Of a stretch of 64,000 nt of DNA, positions 23,561 to 36,492 are shown one piece after another. The first letter of the stretch is position 1. Each line of letters begins with the position of its first letter. The DNA is from Felis catus (taxonomy: Eukaryota): positions 65,226,001-65,290,000 of the forward strand of contig NC_058368.1 in assembly GCF_018350175.1 (NCBI RefSeq), in the 5' to 3' direction. The position numbers and the translations under genes are program-made. Under the pieces are notes generated by a model. That model was not told where the DNA came from. It made no database searches and was given only the letters and a program-made list of their open reading frames with translations.

Positions 23561-25679
23561 TTATCACAGCTTCTTTAAATAAAAGGAATTTTGTATCTGA
23601 ACCTCCATCCCATTGAGCTAAAGGAAATAGTACCTAACTTTTTGTGGGTTTCCCCTCAGAGAGATAGCGAAGGGCAAGGTGAGTATCTTCTGTTACCATG
23701 TGATTTATGCACAAATGAATATGAGCTGTTCTAAGAGTCCCATCGGGAAGAAGGAACAAGAAACTGCTCTTCCTAAATCCACCATCAGCTCTCTCTCTCT
23801 CTCCTGTCCAGGAGTTTGTTTCCTACATCATGAGAAGTCCTTTTTTCCTGAACTACAAATTCAGTTCTTCTTAATAAGAATAATGTACAGGGAAGAAAAG
23901 CCAGGGATTCCATCCAACTACTATATTCAGCCCTGAACATTCCTCTTTTGAGACCGTGATACACCAGTCAGGTTGCTTAGATGGTGAAATGAAAATAGAA
24001 GGAGAAAAGACTAAATGTACTTCAACAAATTTTAACAGTTAAAAATATGATCCAGCCACACCACATTCTTCCCAGAATACAACTAGAGGTTATTAAAACA
24101 TTGCAATGCTGTGTTCTGACCATGAACATCATGCAGATGGAACAAGATGAATGGCCATCACCAGCATGACTCACTCCTCACCCAACCACATCCCCATGTA
24201 AGAGAACGAAATAATTTCATCCTACTCTAATAAGAAATGTATTTCTTACCCAAATGTTAAAAGCCTTTTTAGGATAACAGAAATTTCCATTCAAGGGCAA
24301 TGTAGTTCATTTTTAGAGTAGGTAAGGAACCAAAGACTGCTGGGCACGATGGCAATACCTGGCTACTTACAAAAATGTTCCCATTCTCAACATGGAGTAG
24401 GACTTACTTCCCTCCTTTAATTAAAATAATAATAATGAAATAAAAGTGAGATCTGTCCTTTGGAAATGCGCTGTGTCTGATCTCCTCTAGCAAATAACAG
24501 CCTCCACAGATAAGCGATAGGTTTGCCTACTCTCTACCTGTGGAAATACTAAAAGCAAGTCCAGTCTCTAGAACACATGACAGGGAAGAACACCACTCTT
24601 TGGTGGGGGCGGGGGGGGGGGTTGGTTGTTTGTTTTTTATCGTATGAGCACGCACTAAGGAAGCAGCCTTTAATTGCCTTTTAAGAGAGTGAACATGTAC
24701 ATGAAAAACAAAGCTACGGTTTGACACAATGCTCAGGCCCATCTAAACTGACTTCTTGGAGTGAAAGTCAAAGACACTGGGATCAAAACAATGAACTACA
24801 AACAGAAATTACCTATGATTCACCTTAGTGAGTAAACAATACGGCCTAACCGCAGTCATTCCTAAGAAGTGTCTTCACTCAAGATAAGTGCTAAGTAAAC
24901 AAAATGCCAAATTTTGTATATTTGAAGCTGTATATTTGAAGCAAATGTGAGGCTGTGGTGCATTCCTGAGAGACTTCACAGCAGAAAAACATTGTTGTGC
25001 TTGAAAACAAAACAAAACAAAACAACAAACCTAAATGGAATTACCTAGGGCAGACTTTCTCTTCCATTCCATATTTAAAAAGAATAAAATGCTGGTGTGC
25101 AGCATTGAGGCCAGGGAACAGGATCTTTTTCTGTGCACGGGGATGAGTCTCCCATGGATAGAAATCCACAGAGACTTCTCTAGAAGGCTGGGGGGTTATA
25201 GGAGGGGTAAGAGGCTGAGGAAGGGTAGAAGGTAAGGTGTATCCACAATGCTCATGCTGCCTTCACATGCTTTCCCACTGGAACCAGGGGGAAAGTCCAA
25301 GTTGCATTAGCTATTCATTCCTAAATTGTTATTCTACTATAAAGAGGCAGGATGATAACCAAAGAAATAAGGCACACTTCACTTGATTCTCTTTTCTGCT
25401 CTCCTGTGGAGAAGAAAGATCTATAAGTCCAGAGGTCTACTGCCTGATGTAATAGTTATTGACTGGCAAGCAGTCAGAACACAGCGATGCTGGAAAGAGT
25501 AAGAAGAACCCACAAGTTTTGGAGAAGCACTAAGCCAAAACACCCAAGAGCAATAAAACCTAGCATCCTGCCTATAAACCATGGTAGAGAAAGCTGTCCT
25601 CTGAAGAAAGGCACATGTGAAAAGGGACTAGAAATCAAAGTTGCACTTATTTACATAAAGGTTATCCAGCAGCTAACTA

Positions 25680-26550
25680 TAACTTATTTCATTAAGAGTT
25701 CAACAAAAATGCAGTAAGCACCTTCTATATGCCAGACATAATGGTTAAAGAGAGAGAACTTGAAAAAATAATCTCCACTCTACAGATGTTAATATTCTAA
25801 GTGGAACATGTCACATAAATATAAAGTATGATAACCACTGTGAAGATGTATGTACATGTTACTATGGTAGCACGTAAGAGCAATCCCATTTGGCCGGGAG
25901 ATATTGTGGAAGGCATAAAAGAGGAGGTGATACCTCAGCTCATCTTCAAGAAACACAGTTTATCCAGGCTAAATTTGTGTGTAAGGAAGGTGGGATGGAG
26001 TGAGAGGAGAGTTCAGGTTAGTGTGCTCAATATGCAAAGTATGAAAGACAGAAACATCATGAGCTAAGTAGGACACTAACTTTACTCATCCTGATGGAAC
26101 ACAGTTGTAGGAGTAGGAATGGAAAGAGATGAAGCTAGAGAGATGGTCAAGGATCAGGTTATAGATGACCTGATAAGACACTGGTAAGAATTGTGGGCTT
26201 TTACCTATAGCCATACAGGTATTTGTGTGTTCAAAAAAGTTACTCTGTCAGAAATACAGAGAATGTATTGGAAGAGAATGAAAACTGAGACTGTAGTAGT
26301 GAGCCCTAGAAGAAATTATGAGAATTTAGGCATAATAAGTGACCATTAAGATGGAGGTAAGAGTACAGATTGGAAAGATGTTAGAGATGTGAAACCGATA
26401 TGAATTGTTGATCAATTGGGAATGGGTAGCATTTGATGGGAGAGAAGGTTGACTTCTGGGTTTATAGATTTATCAGATGCATAGAGGTTTGTAAATTTCA
26501 TTAAAATATTGAATCTATTTTTAAATATGTTGAGTTTGACAAGTCTGCAT
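25680..26550 (-). mobile_element. L2 3' region
   Basis: ttcaacaaaaatgcagtaagcaccttctatatgccagaca..., gaagctagagagatggtcaaggatcagg, ttgagtttgac. Confidence 0.7.
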
Positions 26551-26558
26551 TATGCGTG

Positions 26559-27040
26559 TGTATGGCCAAAAGAAAGTTTAATATGAAAACCATTAAGAGA
26601 TTGAATATGCAAACAGACAGTTGCCAGAAACAGAACTCTGACAACTCTACAAGCTCTGCAGCAACCAATCAAGGAAACCAAGTGACAACCTCTACAGTAA
26701 TTGGTCCAGAACAGTCAAAGCTCAGTCAACGAGTGCTAGTTTCTGTATCTACTGTCCCTACTTCCAACTCAGGATGAACTACAGAAAGCCAAATATGTTT
26801 CCCCAAACCAATTGCACAAGAGGCCCAATTCTAGTTAACACACCTTCAGCTTTCCCATGCCAATAACCCTCCAATCAAAGCATACCTGAAACCTTTCCCA
26901 TGCACCACCATAAAGTTTTCCCCCTCTGCTTGCCATTTACTCTCACCAAATACAAGTGATGGCGACTGACTCCCTTACTATGGCAAGCTCTGCATAAACA
27001 GCCTCTGTTTTCACTGGTGTGGTTTTCATTTATTTCCACA
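26559..27040 (+). mobile_element. ERV1 5' LTR (MER34/MER39-like)
   Basis: TG start; ends ggcaagctctgcataaacagcc...tttatttccaca; multiple CCAAT boxes; followed by PBS-like gtgccagagg. Confidence 0.75.
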
Positions 27041-28190
27041 GTTGTGCCAGAGGTTCCGTCCAGATAGAGTATGCACTGCTGGTTACTTCAGACCTGGACA
27101 CCGGACTAAGAGAAATGGCTGTAGAAGTCCCTTATGCCTGGCTGCTCGTGGCTTGACAAATCCATGTTGATCTGATAAGTCAGAACCTAGTCTTAAGTCC
27201 ACTCTTTTTAAGTTGAAATTCACATTAGTTATTCTCAGTGTGGTACCCAGGTTTTGGTTTCAGTTTGTTTGGCATCGTTGTTGAAATCAGAATACTTCTT
27301 TTTCCTCTCTTCTGTGTTTCCATTTTGTGTTTATCTAAGAGCATCGTTTGTCATAAAAAAGAGAACCATGGGTAGAAGACAGGCAGCAGATGACAAGACA
27401 GGCTCAATAAGCCTTCAAGCCAACCATACAGATCAAAGAGTTTATGGTTCTCACTGGACTAGTGTCCGTTTGGACAAATTCTGCTGTGGGTCACCAATAA
27501 AATCTAATCTGTTCTTCGTATAATTCATTTTTTTTGTCTTGAGAAATTTGTCTTTGATCCAAAGAGCATGTTTTTTTCTGGTTTTCCACCTATTGGAGTG
27601 TAGACTTTCTGGGTGTGTCTACAGAGGCAGCCAATCCTCACAGTGGGGGCCCAAGACACAAAGCATACACACATCACTGTCACTTGACCATGGCTAGCTG
27701 TCATGAGGTCATCTAAGTCCAAATTTCTCCCTCACAATGAAAACTCCTGTACTTATCTACACTCTCATTGCAGTCCTAATCTTAACTTCTCTCTGTAAAT
27801 AGCATAATTTTAGCAAGAATGATGGATACTTCCAGGGCCACTCTGGGGAACATTTAATTTAAACAAAACTGTTCATCGGAGAAAGACCTACCTTAAGAAA
27901 CAAAATGAATAATTGCCATTTGCCACAACATGGTTAGACCTTGAGGGCATTATGCTAAGTGGAATAAGTCAGAGAAAGACAATTGCTGTTTGATCTCACT
28001 TAAGTGTGGAATCTAAAAAAAAAAAACAAAACAAAAAAAAAAAAAAAAAAAAACAATAGGGGTTCCTGGGTGGCACAGTTGGTTAAGCTTCCAACTTCAG
28101 CTCAGGTCATGATCTCATGGTTCCTGAGTTCAAGCCTGCAACGGGCTCTATGCTAACAGCTCAGAGCCTGGGTCCTGCTTTGGATTCTGC

Positions 28191-28229
<39 letters not shown>

Positions 28230-29220
28230 CTTCTGCTCACGCTCTGTTTCTCAAAAGTAAATAAATGTTAAAAAAAATTTTTTTAATAAAATGTAAAAAA
28301 ACAACAAAAACAAAAACCATCAAGCTCCAGATACAGAGAACAGATCAGTGGTTGCAGAGCTGGGTGGTGGGGGGAATGGAAGAGAAATAGGTGAGGGAAT
28401 CCAAAGATACAAACTTTCAGCTATAAAACAAGTCATGGGGATTTAATGTATAGTCTGGTGACTAGAGTTAATAATACTGTGTTGCATACTTGAAAGTGGC
28501 TAAGAGAGACCTTACAAGGTCTCATCACAAGAAAAACTATAACAAAATGTAACAAAATCATTATGTTGTACATCTGGAGCCAATAAAATGTTCTATTTCA
28601 ATTATACCTCAATTTTTAAAAAAGAAATACATTATCTCAGGTTCATTGGGCATGATCTCTTGACTGGTATGCAGAGGCCTCCAAATGAAATTCTGATTGA
28701 AAAATTGCTACTTAAGGGTTCTCTGGAAAAATGTGATAAGGAATTTGACAAACTTAAGCAACAACAAACCAGAATCATTTCCCCAGTAGACCCATCCCTG
28801 TCCTCCTGTTGCCTCCCTATACAGTCTCCCTTCCCAACTCCTCCTCACCTGGTCAAGACCACCTGTATTACCCAAAGCACTCAATAGAAGATTCTAAATC
28901 CCATTGGCTTCTAAAGATCCTTCTCTTTTATGAGCAAAATATTCAGGCATCTATACAATTTAAACCTTGGACCTCAGTTGAATTAATAATTAAAGATTTA
29001 CCTCAACTAAGATAAGACTGGTAACTATACATAGAACAATTTAAGTTTCAGGGGGGTGTACATTTTACCCAGGGTTACCTATCTTAACTTGTGCACTTAT
29101 TGATTGGAATCATAAATGCTAAATCCTGAACAGCCAAAGTTGATTGAACTGACCCAGAAAACACATAGAGGATCCATCTTTACAAAAAACAAAAAACAAA
29201 AAAACATGGACTCACTGAGG
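27041..29220 (+). mobile_element. ERV1 internal leader and gag remnant, interrupted by L1 and SINE
   Basis: gag-like peptides PLWGTF (~27840), DWYAEASK (~28660), FKPWTSVELIIKDLP (~28960), LVHLL (~29090). Confidence 0.65.
27895..28622 (+). mobile_element. 5'-truncated L1 3' end with a CAN-SINE (28058-28290) in its internal A-run
   Basis: ttgccatttgccacaacatgg...atgctaagtggaataagtcag...caattatacctcaatttt; SINE head ggggttcctgggtggcacagttggttaag. Confidence 0.85.
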
Positions 29221-29809
29221 ACAGCTTCTACCACTACCAGGGTCACAGTCTCCATCCCCAGAAGTAGATATACAGGCTGCATCTTGCCGGAAAGTATCAG
29301 GAAAAGGGAGGATACTGAAACCCTTCTTGACTGAGAATTAACTCAGGATTAACCAAGCAGAGTAGAGCAGGGAAGAGCAATCCTTGTCCAGGAGAGGGCA
29401 GGGTGGGGTTGAGGCAATCAGTCCCTTCAGGTTTTGATGGTAGAAAATAAAAAGGCTGCTCCAAACTTGGAAGCAAAGGGTGAGGAATTGCTACTCCATA
29501 GGGATCATGGCTCCCAGTCCAGGCCCCACACGTGTTGGGAAGTTGAGGCCTTTGGAGGTGGCTGCTTGTAGGACTGGAGACCTGAGCCTATGGATATCCT
29601 TGGCCGAATGGCACACAGAGGGAGTAGGATCACACTTCCTCCTAAGATTCAGAGGCACTGGACGGTGCCTCCCAGGAGATGCTTGTAGTATGACAAGTAA
29701 CCGCTAAGGCAGACAGAGCTCTCTGTGCTTCAATGTCCACGTCAGAATTTTGGACTTCCCATGGTCAACTGAGGGAAGGCGGATAGTCTCTTGACTTATT
29801 TAGCTTGTT

Positions 29810-30310
29810 GCTTGTTTATTTAACAAACACATATAGCATTACTACATGTAGATACTTGGAAGTGCTTTATAAGTATTAACCCATTTAATGCCCATGGCAA
29901 TTGTACGAGGTAATGCTATTATTATACCCATTTTTTAGATCAGCAAAATGGGGCACAAAGAGCTGGAATACTTTACTGAAAGTCAGACTGCTAGTAACTG
30001 ATAAAGGCATGATTCAAACCCAGACAGTTCAGATTCCATGCTCTTAACCACAATTGACTTTTTTTTTTACATTATTATTTCTTCGGAAAATAAAAGCACT
30101 GTTAGGAATCATACCCCAATTTTATGGAACATTTCACACCAGCTACATTTCACTTAATCCTTACAACAACTCTGTGACATGGGTATCTTCATCTTCAATT
30201 TATAGATGAGGAAACAGGCCCCATGTCTCATCAAAGTCAAGTAGAAGGGTGCAGCCATGTTGAAATACAGGTTGCCTGGCCAAAGATTCTTTCTACTGTA
30301 CCACTGTCAG
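29810..30310. mobile_element. Two MIR fragments
   Basis: attattatacccattttttagatcagcaaaatggggcacaaagag and aatttatagatgaggaaacaggc MIR cores. Confidence 0.7.
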
Positions 30311-31314
30311 TTATTAGAAAGACCTAGAGGAAGTAGGTAAGGAAGTTGCAAAGGATACATATAACCTTAAAAAAAAAAAGGATAAAAATTATGATTCAGA
30401 CCTGCCTGACTGGTGCTGACTGCCTATCAGCTTGCATAACATATCACAATCAGCCCTCACAGTGGAAAATAAGTAATTCACTATATTACTGTGGTTTTGT
30501 CAAAGGCCTCCCAAGGGGACTGGAAGAATTTGCTGAATTCATGTTGCAATCTAGCCCATTGAAGGATCTCTACATAATTAGACTCAGAACCAGAAATTGC
30601 ACATAGCCCATCAGATTGGGAAACAGAGACTGGTGCCTTATCTAGATAAGCACCCCCCAGTTCTTCATCCCTGAATTATCTATAGCTTCAGAGTCAACAA
30701 AACAAGAACCATACAACTACAATTTCATGGTTTTCCAATACATATAGAAATATGGATTTTCCCATACATGTAGAAAGAACAATTCTGATAAGAACAGATA
30801 AGAATTAGTTCAAGTATTTGAAATGTTCAACTAATCCCAAAGACAATGCCATACATTAATCTTAGTTCTTCTAAAACAGTACCATCTTGACAATATTGAA
30901 AAATAAGTTTATGGTCTTAAAGAGTAAGCACCTCACATTCTTTGTTATCTTTGTTGAACACAGATGACTCAAGGCTCTTACTATCAAATGATCTTATCAC
31001 GCCTATTCTAAACGGGGTTTTCCATACGGGAATGTCTTATTCCTGTTCCTAGTACTCTTTCCTAATTTATTTTCAATGCCAACAGGGATACTTGATGGAA
31101 TGGGTGAAAGTGGTCATCCTTTGAACTAGCCAAATAATTATGAATTTAAAAATCATTACACTGCATAAATAACCTTTTTAAAGAATAACATCCCATTCAG
31201 TGCAGGAACTATATTAAATGCACTTCAGGAACTACACTAAAAAGATAAAAAAACATGCCATTATGAATGATCATAAAAAGTATTTTAATTGAATAGTTAA
31301 AATAAAAAACTAGA

Positions 31315-31537
31315 GGGGCGCCTGGGTGGCGCAGTCGGTTAAGCGTCCGACTTCAGCCAGGTCACGATCTCGCGGTCCGTGAGTTCGAGCCCCGCGTCGG
31401 GCTCTGGGCTGATGGCTCAGAGCCTGGAGCCTGTTTCCGATTCTGTGTCTCCCTCTCTCTCTGCCCCTCCCCCGTTCATGCTCTGTCTCTCTCTGTCCCA
31501 AAAATAAATAAACGTTGGAAAAAAATTTTAAAAAAAA
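31315..31537 (+). mobile_element. Very young felid SINE (SINEC_Fc-type)
   Basis: CpGs intact (ggcgcagtcggttaagcgtccgacttcagccaggtcacgatctcgcggtccgtgagttcgagccccgcgtcggg); perfect TSD aaaataaaaaactaga at 31299-31314 and 31538-31553. Confidence 0.97.
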
Positions 31538-33769
31538 AAAATAAAAAACTAGAGATTTCTCAACCAAAATAAAGAGAAAAATATCATTCTTTGGGTTGAA
31601 CGTGTACAAAATGGCAGAAAAGAAACTGGCTTAGGCAAAATACACACTTTACTAAAGGGACAATAATGAGCTCATGAAAACAAAGATACAGCTGGGACTC
31701 AGAACAAACTAAATTTTGACTCTAACCCCTGGACCTTCTTTCTTTGGTCTGCCTCTCTCTTGGACATGTGCCCTGTCTACCCCACCTACCACAGTCCAGA
31801 TTACTGTGCTCTGCTTCCCAAAGCTCATGATGGAAAATAGCCACTACAAAACTGCCCACCCCCCCCCCCCCCAGGTATATATTTTCTCTGTTCAAAACAG
31901 TAGTCCCACTGGGCTGACATCTTTCAATTCCAGAGCCCTAGTCCCCTCTGGGCTATGTGCCAGCGTGGTGACTTAACTTTAAATCCATGTCAATAGAGGG
32001 AAGAGCTATTCTCCAAATGGCAAGACCAAAAGTGAGCCAGAGACAAAATAGGCATCTACCTACTCTTCAGAGTTTGCAAAGAGGAAAGATTTCCAAGCCA
32101 ATTTGGTACGTATATCATATTAAAACTTGGGGGGGGGGGGAATTACTGCTTGAAACCACAGCCAGACATATTTGAGAAACTATATTCAGAGTCAGTCAAA
32201 CTCTGAAAGCATAGAATACTGCTTACTGGAGAACTGTAGAGTCAGTGAAAACAAAAGAAAATAAGCATCTAAATAAAAATAAAATGCCTTATATTCTGTA
32301 TGCTTTACCTTTGTCTATCTTTATACTATCCTTCTAACCCAATTTTCCTACCATCTCCAGCAAGGTGCTTTCCTAAGAACGAGTGTGCTCTGAGAAAATT
32401 ACAAGGACGCAGTGTTCCCTGACTCTTTACCAACATGAAATTCTAAAGTATCAGGGAACCACTACTTTCAAAGAAATCCTATCTGAGAGTTAATAATATG
32501 TAAATGGGCTATCAAAGGTGCTATAATGTATGCAGGAATAATGTATACAACACTTTAAGCAAAGTTCAGGATTTCATTTTCCTGGAATAAAAGATAATGT
32601 TCAAAATATGTAACACCAGCTATAATCCTTCCATTCCAGAGAAAAAGAAACTGAAATGCTAACCCTTAACAATAACAAGAACAACAAAACCCAAACACCA
32701 TTTGCCAATGACAGTATTTATTATCAGAAACTTTCAACTTTCAGGTCTACGATGTGAAATTTAATAAAGCAGCTATTTGACACCATAAGACTTGCAAGGA
32801 CATAGGAGTGGGAGATGGAAATAGTGTAAAACCTAATAACATGTGCAAAGTTCCATAAGAAAAATAAATATTCTAGTGTCAACATGACAGTTAAAATTCA
32901 AGGTTGAAGGTGCATCCTTGTAATAATGTGGCATTGCTTATCCACAGAATATTTGCTCCAGAACAACTAGAATTAGTTTGAGTTTTCAAAGAAGAAAAAC
33001 ATAGGAGATATATATATATATTTTTTTTTTAATTGTATGGAGAAAAACTTCAGTAAAATGACTGATACATATTTTGTTACTAAAGCTAAAAAGGTATTCA
33101 AACTAAAAATTAATTAGAATAGAAAGTTGAGCATCTTAACCCACATATGAACATGAGCATCAGTCTTGGTCTCCATGCAAAGGTTGTCAGTGAGGCTAAC
33201 TAACAGACTGCTCAGTGTTTTCCCAAGAGTCAAATGAATTTTAGAACTCAAGAAATTATCTAGGGAATCCAGTCCACCCAATCAAATTACATTTTTAACA
33301 TCTAAATGGTAGAGAGAGGTATTGTGGCAGAGTCTAATTTATTTCCTCTAGAGTAACGAAAACATGATCAGAAACATACCCAGGTTCAGTCTGGAGACAA
33401 GTCTATGAATCATGGAGTAGACAAATCTTTGAGGTTCTAAAAATATGAAATTAACACACTGCTAAAATTTTAAAACGTGAGAGTATTGTACTATATTAGA
33501 GTTGACTATTTCCACTTTTTTTCAAATTCAAACTTTACTGTTTGTCTCCCCTTACATGAATGGAGCAATTTTAAGTCATGCATTTTTGTACTGTTGACCG
33601 ATAGATGATAAACCCCTGGAATAGGGAGGGACAGGTTGGCATGTAGTAGAGACCTAGGAAATTAATATAGTATTTTGATTGTGATAGTTTCAATTTTAAG
33701 TCCAATCTATTCTTGTTCAATGCAGTATACATGTACAGTATTGTTTACATTTTTTCACTACACATTTTT

Positions 33770-34545
33770 AAATTTTTTTTCTGGCTCTATTGAGGTATAA
33801 TTGACAAATCAAATTATAATATATTTAACATCTATAAAGTGATGATTTGATGGATGTATATATTGCAAAAGGATTCCCACAGTCAGTTAATTAGCACTTC
33901 TATCACCTCACATGATTCCTTTTTTTTTAAATGAGAATACTTAAGATTTACTCTCATAACAAATTTCAAGTGTAGAAGATAGTATAATTAACTGTAGTCA
34001 CCATGCTACACTTTAGATCCTCGGGGTTTACTTATCTAACTGAAAGTTTATACTTGTGACCCAGTCTCCCCATCTCTCAGCCCCCAGCAAACACCAAGCC
34101 ACCATTTACTATCTGTTTCTTGTGTCAGCCTTGGATTCACGTCCTATGTATCAGTGATACCATGCAGTATTGCCTTTCTCCACCTAGTTTATCTTACTTA
34201 ACGTAATGACCTCCAAGTTTGTCCATGTTGTTACAAATACCAGAATTTCCTTCTTTTATAAGACTGAATAATATTCTACTGCGTGTTTATGTATATATAT
34301 CACATTTTCTTTATCCATTCACCCCTTGATAGAAACTTAGGTTGTTTCCATATGTTGAGTATTACAATAACACTGCAATGAATATGAGAATTCAAATGTC
34401 TCTTCAAGTGATATTGTTTCCCTTGTATCGAGTGATACCCAGAAGTGGAACTATGGGATACGGTAGCTCTATTTGTAATTTCTTGAGGAACCTTCATACT
34501 GCTTTCCATAATGGCTATATCAATTTACATTCCTGCCAGCGGCAT
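33770..34545 (-). mobile_element. L1 (L1MA/carnivore-type) 3' fragment
   Basis: attgaggtataattgacaaa 3' end; ORF 34300-34509 carries ORF2 C-terminal remnants (IWKQPK...EWIKKM). Confidence 0.85.
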
Positions 34546-34689
34546 ACCCACCCCTTCTTTTAAAATCATTAGTGGGAAATTTATTTTAAATGGAAGCAAA
34601 TAAATGACAACTCGAAAGCACTCCCATGATTTGTGATTGCTAAAACTCTGAAGAATGTATCATTAGGTTGCTAGCTGAGGGCTATGGCA

Positions 34690-34930
34690 GGAGTGAGGCC
34701 ATGTGAGGACACAGTGAGATGGCGGCCATCTGCAAGCCAAGAAGAGAGGCCTCAGCCGGAACCAAACCTACCAACACTTTGATCTTTGATTTCTGGTCTC
34801 CAGTGCGGTGAGAAAATTTCTGTTGTGTAAGACACCCAGTTTGGCATTTTGTTATGGCAGTCCTAGCAAACTAATATAGCCACTAAGTTTTGGGGTGATT
34901 TGTTATATAGCACTAGGTAAGTAATACAAT
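34690..34930 (+). mobile_element. MaLR LTR 3' part (MLT1B-like) followed by a second MLT1 end
   Basis: ggccatgtgaggacacagtgagatggcggccatctgcaagccaagaagagaggcctcag...ttgttatggcagtcctagcaaactaatata. Confidence 0.85.
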
Positions 34931-36492
34931 GATTTTCAACTAGAGTGGTATCTATGAAATGAAATAAGACATCCTTGACCTTTAGGGGCTTACAGTAAAG
35001 AAATAGCCTTGCTGCTAACAGTTAATTTAGAAATATTACAGTGACAACAAGACTAAACAAACATATAAACATATAATATGATTACTTACACACATGCCTT
35101 AGGGCAAATAGATTGAGAATTCAGCCTCTTTATAAATAAAGCTCTATAAAAGCACACCATAAAAATGTCTTCAGTAATAAATATTTCTATCATCTTCCTT
35201 ACTTAATAAATGTTACAGAGTTTATGCATTATAATGTAGAAATATAATTTTGAAAACACTTCCACTTTAAATGTATGTGTGGCAATTATCCAAGAATCAT
35301 TCAAAATATGCATAAATAATGAAGTACCTTCTCTAATATCACTTGAAAAGATATAATCTTCCTATGGGGAATAATATCCAAGACAGGCAATTTTGATTTG
35401 CAAGAAATACAGTGGCTAGATTAAAAAATAGTGTCTGAAAAGAATATGTTGAAAAATCCAGAAATCCAAGAAAGCAGAATAAAGGGGGTCTGAAGGAATG
35501 ACAGCTACCAATCACTGAGCATCTCAGCAACAGAATTTACATATTTTATTTTGATACATACAATTGTTACCATAATCATTATCCAGGATGAAATCACAAT
35601 CATGTATTCCAATATTTAAATATGGGCTATTTAACTATATTTTTTCTAATAACAGATGATATGCATGGTCCCATTCATTTATCATATATATTCGGAATGT
35701 GGCCCATAAGATGTTATGGCCCAGCAATATTTAATTGCTTTTCTTTCATTGCTTTTCAAAGTACATGTCCATAGTGGATCACAAGAATCATCTTCAGTTG
35801 CACAGGGAAGCATAACAACTTACAGATACCAATATTCAACACAAGACCCCTACCTTCCTCTCACATTCTTCTGATACTAGACACAACTTTCAGGTCTTCA
35901 AGGTAGACAGGGTGACACAAGTTAGGCAAGTTAGACTAAGCAGATTCTTTCTACCAGAAATCTTACTTTTAGTCTATTACTTGATGGCATCGGACCACAG
36001 GTCCTAAAAAGAGTAAAGGTTACAAATTCCAGTGCCAAGATCCCTAGAACAGCAATGGTTCTATATATTCTGAGACTTGGTGGTTCATCTCTTTGTTCAG
36101 TTTTGTCCAGTAGCTGCCAATCACTTTTATAAGAGGCTTAGAATCACTTTCTGGTGCTTTCATAGAAATAATATTAAGTGGAAATTGGTACCAAGGAGCA
36201 GGCTCACAGCAATAAAGTCACAATAATATCCTGATCTGGTCATCAGGTCAACAAGTGGTAAGACTCCTATAGCTATCTCAAGATGGGAAAGGAACAGCCT
36301 ATGGTTTTTGGTTGTTGAATATCCCTGCCTGTTATTGTCTGTGGATTGCTGGGGTTGGGTACAGATAAAGGAATGGGCAGCTTCAGCTCCAGATTTAAAG
36401 GAGTTAAAGAACACAGAACCAGGGTACGATGGTTAATGATGATAGCATTTCATATCTTAGAGTGACATTCAATGTCAGAAATCTTGCCTTCA

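Noticed and set aside
31315..31440. CpG-rich patch resembling a CpG island or promoter
   Set aside because: Fully explained by a young SINE.
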